DNA of 51,748 nucleotides from Candidatus Sericytochromatia bacterium (GTDB lineage Bacteria; Cyanobacteriota; Sericytochromatia; S15B-MN24; UBA4093): NCBI GenBank assembly GCA_036676495.1, contig JAKFCT010000058.1, positions 1 to 51,748 of the forward strand, read 5' to 3'. Shown piece by piece: positions 48,860 to 51,748 of this stretch (position 1 is its first letter; each line of letters starts with the position of its first letter). The notes under the pieces were generated by a model. It saw only the letters and a program-made list of their open reading frames with translations, ran no database searches and was not told where the DNA came from. The position numbers and the translations under genes were made by a program.

Positions 48860-50028
48860 TGACGCTACTCCCCTTCACCCTGGGGATCGAAGAAGAGTTC
48901 CAGATCGTCCATCCCGAGACCCGCGAGCTCAAGAGCCACATCGCGACCATCCTCGAGGAGGACGGCATGGTGCTCGGCGAACGCGTCAAGCCCGAGATGC
49001 ACCAGTCGGTCGTCGAGGTCGGCACGGGCATCTGCCGCAACATCCAGGAAGCGCGCCGCGACGTCACTGAGCTGCGCGCGACCGTCAACAAGCTGGCCCT
49101 CAAGCACGATCTGCGGATCGTCGCGGCCGGCACCCACCCCTTCTCGGACTGGAAAACCCAGGACATCACCCCCAACGAGCGCTACCACGTGCTCGTCGAG
49201 GATCTTCAGGACGTCGCGCGCGGCAACCTGATCTTCGGGCTGCACGTCCACGTGGGCATCCCCGACAAGGACCTGGCCATCGAGCTGATGAACCAGGCTC
49301 GCTACTTCCTGCCCCACCTCTTGGCCCTCTCCTGCAACTCTCCCTTCTGGTTGGGGCGGCCCTCGGGCATGAAGTCGACCCGCGCCAACATCTTCAAGAA
49401 CTTCCCCCGGACCGGCATCCCGGATCACTTCGAGTCCTGGTCCGCCTTCGACGCCTACGTCAATACCCTGGTGAAGACCAACTGCGCCGACAACGGCAAG
49501 CGCATCTGGTGGGACATCCGGCCTCACGTCTTCTACGACACCATCGAGTTCCGGGTCTGCGACATCACCACCGACGTCAACACCACGGTGGCGCTCGCCG
49601 CCCTGATCCAGGCGATCGTCGCCAAGCTGTACGTGCTGCGCCAGCAGAACATGCAGTTCCGGGAGTACAACCGGGCTCTCATCGAGGAGAACAAGTGGCG
49701 GGCGTACCGCTACGGCCTCGATGGCAAGCTGATCGATTTCGGCAAGAACCAGGAGGTCCACGCCCGGACCCTCATCGGCGAGCTCTTGGAGTTCGTCGAC
49801 GAAGTGGTGGACGAGTTGGGCTCGCGCGACGAGCTCAAGCATATCGAGACCCTGCTCGACCGGGGCACCGACGCCGATCGCCAGCTCAAGATCTATCAGG
49901 AGACCGGTGATATGAAGGCCGTGGTGGACGACCTGATCGATCGGACCATGCAGGGCGTGGACGAGACGAGCTCGCTCGTCATTCCGCAAGCCAAGAAGGA
50001 GACCGCGGTTGGCGCGCCTGAAAACTGA
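48859..50028 (+). CDS. Carboxylate-amine ligase, YbdK/GCS2 family
   Basis: TLGIEEEFQ, AAGTHPF, FGLHVHVG, NSPFW, WWDIRP, TIEFR.CD; ATG 48859 overlaps the upstream stop. Confidence 0.92.
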   Translation: MTLLPFTLGIEEEFQIVHPETRELKSHIATILEEDGMVLGERVKPEMHQSVVEVGTGICRNIQEARRDVTELRATVNKLALKHDLRIVAAGTHPFSDWKTQDITPNERYHVLVEDLQDVARGNLIFGLHVHVGIPDKDLAIELMNQARYFLPHLLALSCNSPFWLGRPSGMKSTRANIFKNFPRTGIPDHFESWSAFDAYVNTLVKTNCADNGKRIWWDIRPHVFYDTIEFRVCDITTDVNTTVALAALIQAIVAKLYVLRQQNMQFREYNRALIEENKWRAYRYGLDGKLIDFGKNQEVHARTLIGELLEFVDEVVDELGSRDELKHIETLLDRGTDADRQLKIYQETGDMKAVVDDLIDRTMQGVDETSSLVIPQAKKETAVGAPEN

Positions 50029-51043
50029 CCTACGACAGATCCCTTTCCCCGCCGAGTTCGCTGAAGGCGCCTCGAATGCGGTTCGCAAGTGCATCCGGGC
50101 CCGCCCCGGCGAGCGCGTCTGCGTAATCACCGACCGGGCCACCCAGCACATCGGGGCCGCCCTGGTGGCCGAGATCGACGCGATCGGGGCGATCGCCCTC
50201 GACTTCGTCGTCGAAGACTATTGCGAGCGCCCCATCGCCGACATGCCCTGGGAGATCCTGCGCGGGGTGGCGGATTCCGCCGCCACCCTCTATGCCGTCA
50301 ACCCCTGGCCCGGCGAGGTGCCCTCCCGGGCCCAGGTCATCAACCTCGCCACCCAGAAGAAGGTGCGCTACGGCCACATGGTCGGCATCACCGACGAGAT
50401 CATGACCTCCGGCATGCGGGCCGATTTCGACCAGATCAACCGCATGAGCCTCGGCCTCCGCAACATCCTCCAGCAGGCCCGCCACATCCACGTCACCACC
50501 CCGGCAGGCACCGACATCGAGATCGAGCACGAGCCCAAGCAGTTCAAGTGGATCAAGACCTCCGGCTTGATCTCCCGCGACGCCTGGGGTAACCTGCCCG
50601 GCGGAGAGATCTTCACCACCCCCAAGCGCATCAACGGCATCTGGGTGGCGGACGGCCCCATCGGCGACTACTTCTCCCCCAAGTACGGCGACCTCAAGGA
50701 CACGCCCGTCTCGGTGGAAGTCTCCGACGGCTACCTCAAGCACGTGAGCTGCCCCAACGACGAGATCGCCAAGGAGTTCTGGAACTACTGCCACTCCACC
50801 GAGAATGCCAACCGCATCGGAGAAGTGGCCGTGGGGACCAACCTGGGCGTCAAGGAGTTCACGGGCAACCTGCTTCAAGACGAGAAGATCCCGGGCTTCC
50901 ACATCGCCTTCGGCGAGCCCTGCGGCAGCCTGACCGGTGCCGACTGGTGCTGCCGGGCCCACGTGGACCTCTTGGCCCGGGAGTGCTCGATCTGGGTGGA
51001 CGGCGAACCCATCATGTTGCACGGTCGCTTCGTCCACCTGTAG
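50009..51043 (+). CDS. M29-like (thermophilic metallo-) aminopeptidase
   Basis: GTD, NLPGGEIF..P, GEVAVGTN, DEK..G.HIAFG, H.D. Confidence 0.85.
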   Translation: MARLKTDLRQIPFPAEFAEGASNAVRKCIRARPGERVCVITDRATQHIGAALVAEIDAIGAIALDFVVEDYCERPIADMPWEILRGVADSAATLYAVNPWPGEVPSRAQVINLATQKKVRYGHMVGITDEIMTSGMRADFDQINRMSLGLRNILQQARHIHVTTPAGTDIEIEHEPKQFKWIKTSGLISRDAWGNLPGGEIFTTPKRINGIWVADGPIGDYFSPKYGDLKDTPVSVEVSDGYLKHVSCPNDEIAKEFWNYCHSTENANRIGEVAVGTNLGVKEFTGNLLQDEKIPGFHIAFGEPCGSLTGADWCCRAHVDLLARECSIWVDGEPIMLHGRFVHL

Positions 51044-51207
51044 CTCCCGCGAGGGAGCCACGCCCCTTCCGGCAGGCTTGCCTGCCGGGGAACGGCAACC
51101 AAATACGTACGACTAGCTCTGGTCATCCAGCCCCGCGCCGGCCGGCGGCGCGAACGGACCCCACGGATCACGCCAGCTGCGAATATTGAGAGGGAGAATT
51201 TACTACC

Positions 51208-51748
51208 GTGACTGAGAAGGAAAAGCGGATCCCCGGCACCCCCAAGAAGGTCGGCATCCTCGTCGGCTGGGAGGACACGTTCCCCGGCGCGTTCATCAAG
51301 CGCGTGAACGAGAAGGGCGAGGGCAAGGTCGTCGCCGAGATGGCCAAGGTTCACGCCCCCAAGATGGGCGAGCACCCCGGCTACGACGTTCTGGTGGACC
51401 GCATCTCGCACGAAATCGAGATCTACAAGCCCTACCTCAAGAACGCCGTCGTCAACGGCTCCTACGTCATCAACGATCCCTTCTGGTGGATCTCGGACGA
51501 CAAGTTCTTCGATAACTCGATGATCGAGCGGCTCGGCGTCGCGGTCCCCAAGACCGTCGTCCTGCCCCCCGTCCAGGCCAACCCCTCGACCCGCCCCGAA
51601 TCGCACCGGAACCTGATGCTCACCCAGTGGAAGGAAATCTTCGACTACATCAAGTTCCCCGCCTTCCTCAAGCCCTACGACGGCGGCGGCTGGAAGAACG
51701 TCTACAAGGTCAACTCCCCTGAGGAGTTCTTCCACTACTACCACCAGA
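51208..51748 (+). CDS. RimK-like ATP-grasp protein, truncated by the window end (absent from the ORF track)
   Basis: Manual translation: KKVGILVG..DRISH..VINDPFWWISDDKFF..LGVAVPKTVVLP..FPAFLKPYDGGGWKNVYKV. Confidence 0.85.
   Translation, partial: MTEKEKRIPGTPKKVGILVGWEDTFPGAFIKRVNEKGEGKVVAEMAKVHAPKMGEHPGYDVLVDRISHEIEIYKPYLKNAVVNGSYVINDPFWWISDDKFFDNSMIERLGVAVPKTVVLPPVQANPSTRPESHRNLMLTQWKEIFDYIKFPAFLKPYDGGGWKNVYKVNSPEEFFHYYHQ

Overview
High-GC bacterial chromosomal window with no prophage, integrase, transposase or CRISPR array visible. Gene content (DUF4912+GH57 pair, ABC1/UbiB kinase, LCP protein, outer-membrane TolC, no photosynthesis genes) suggests a diderm Terrabacteria lineage, possibly a non-photosynthetic relative of Cyanobacteria (inference only). 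Housekeeping blocks: rpmG-tRNA(Trp)-secE-nusG-rplK-rplA-rplJ with L1 and L10 leaders, miaB, mtnA, a MacAB-TolC exporter, gdhA, panB, gyrA, tRNA-Gln, an aroK-aroB fusion, glycogen branching genes and a deoxynucleoside kinase. The best candidate for an undescribed system is 19726-24354 (- strand). It has two paralogous proteins with variable N-terminal cargo fused to a FrpC-type Ca2+-dependent self-processing ('clip-and-link') module, one with the scissile Asp-Pro and one with Ser-Pro. These are translationally coupled to an orotate-PRTase-like/beta-propeller fusion, and an upstream amphipathic-repeat gene shares an identically spaced 41-bp promoter-like motif with them. Other notable items: a Coq7-like diiron/START fusion, a gyrA-MshEN-PP2C-Ser/Thr kinase(NHL) operon, a three-ligase peptide-ligation operon, a candidate ~77-nt sRNA, two families of hairpin repeats and a perfect 50-bp palindrome. 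All calls are from motif recognition by eye; no searches were run.
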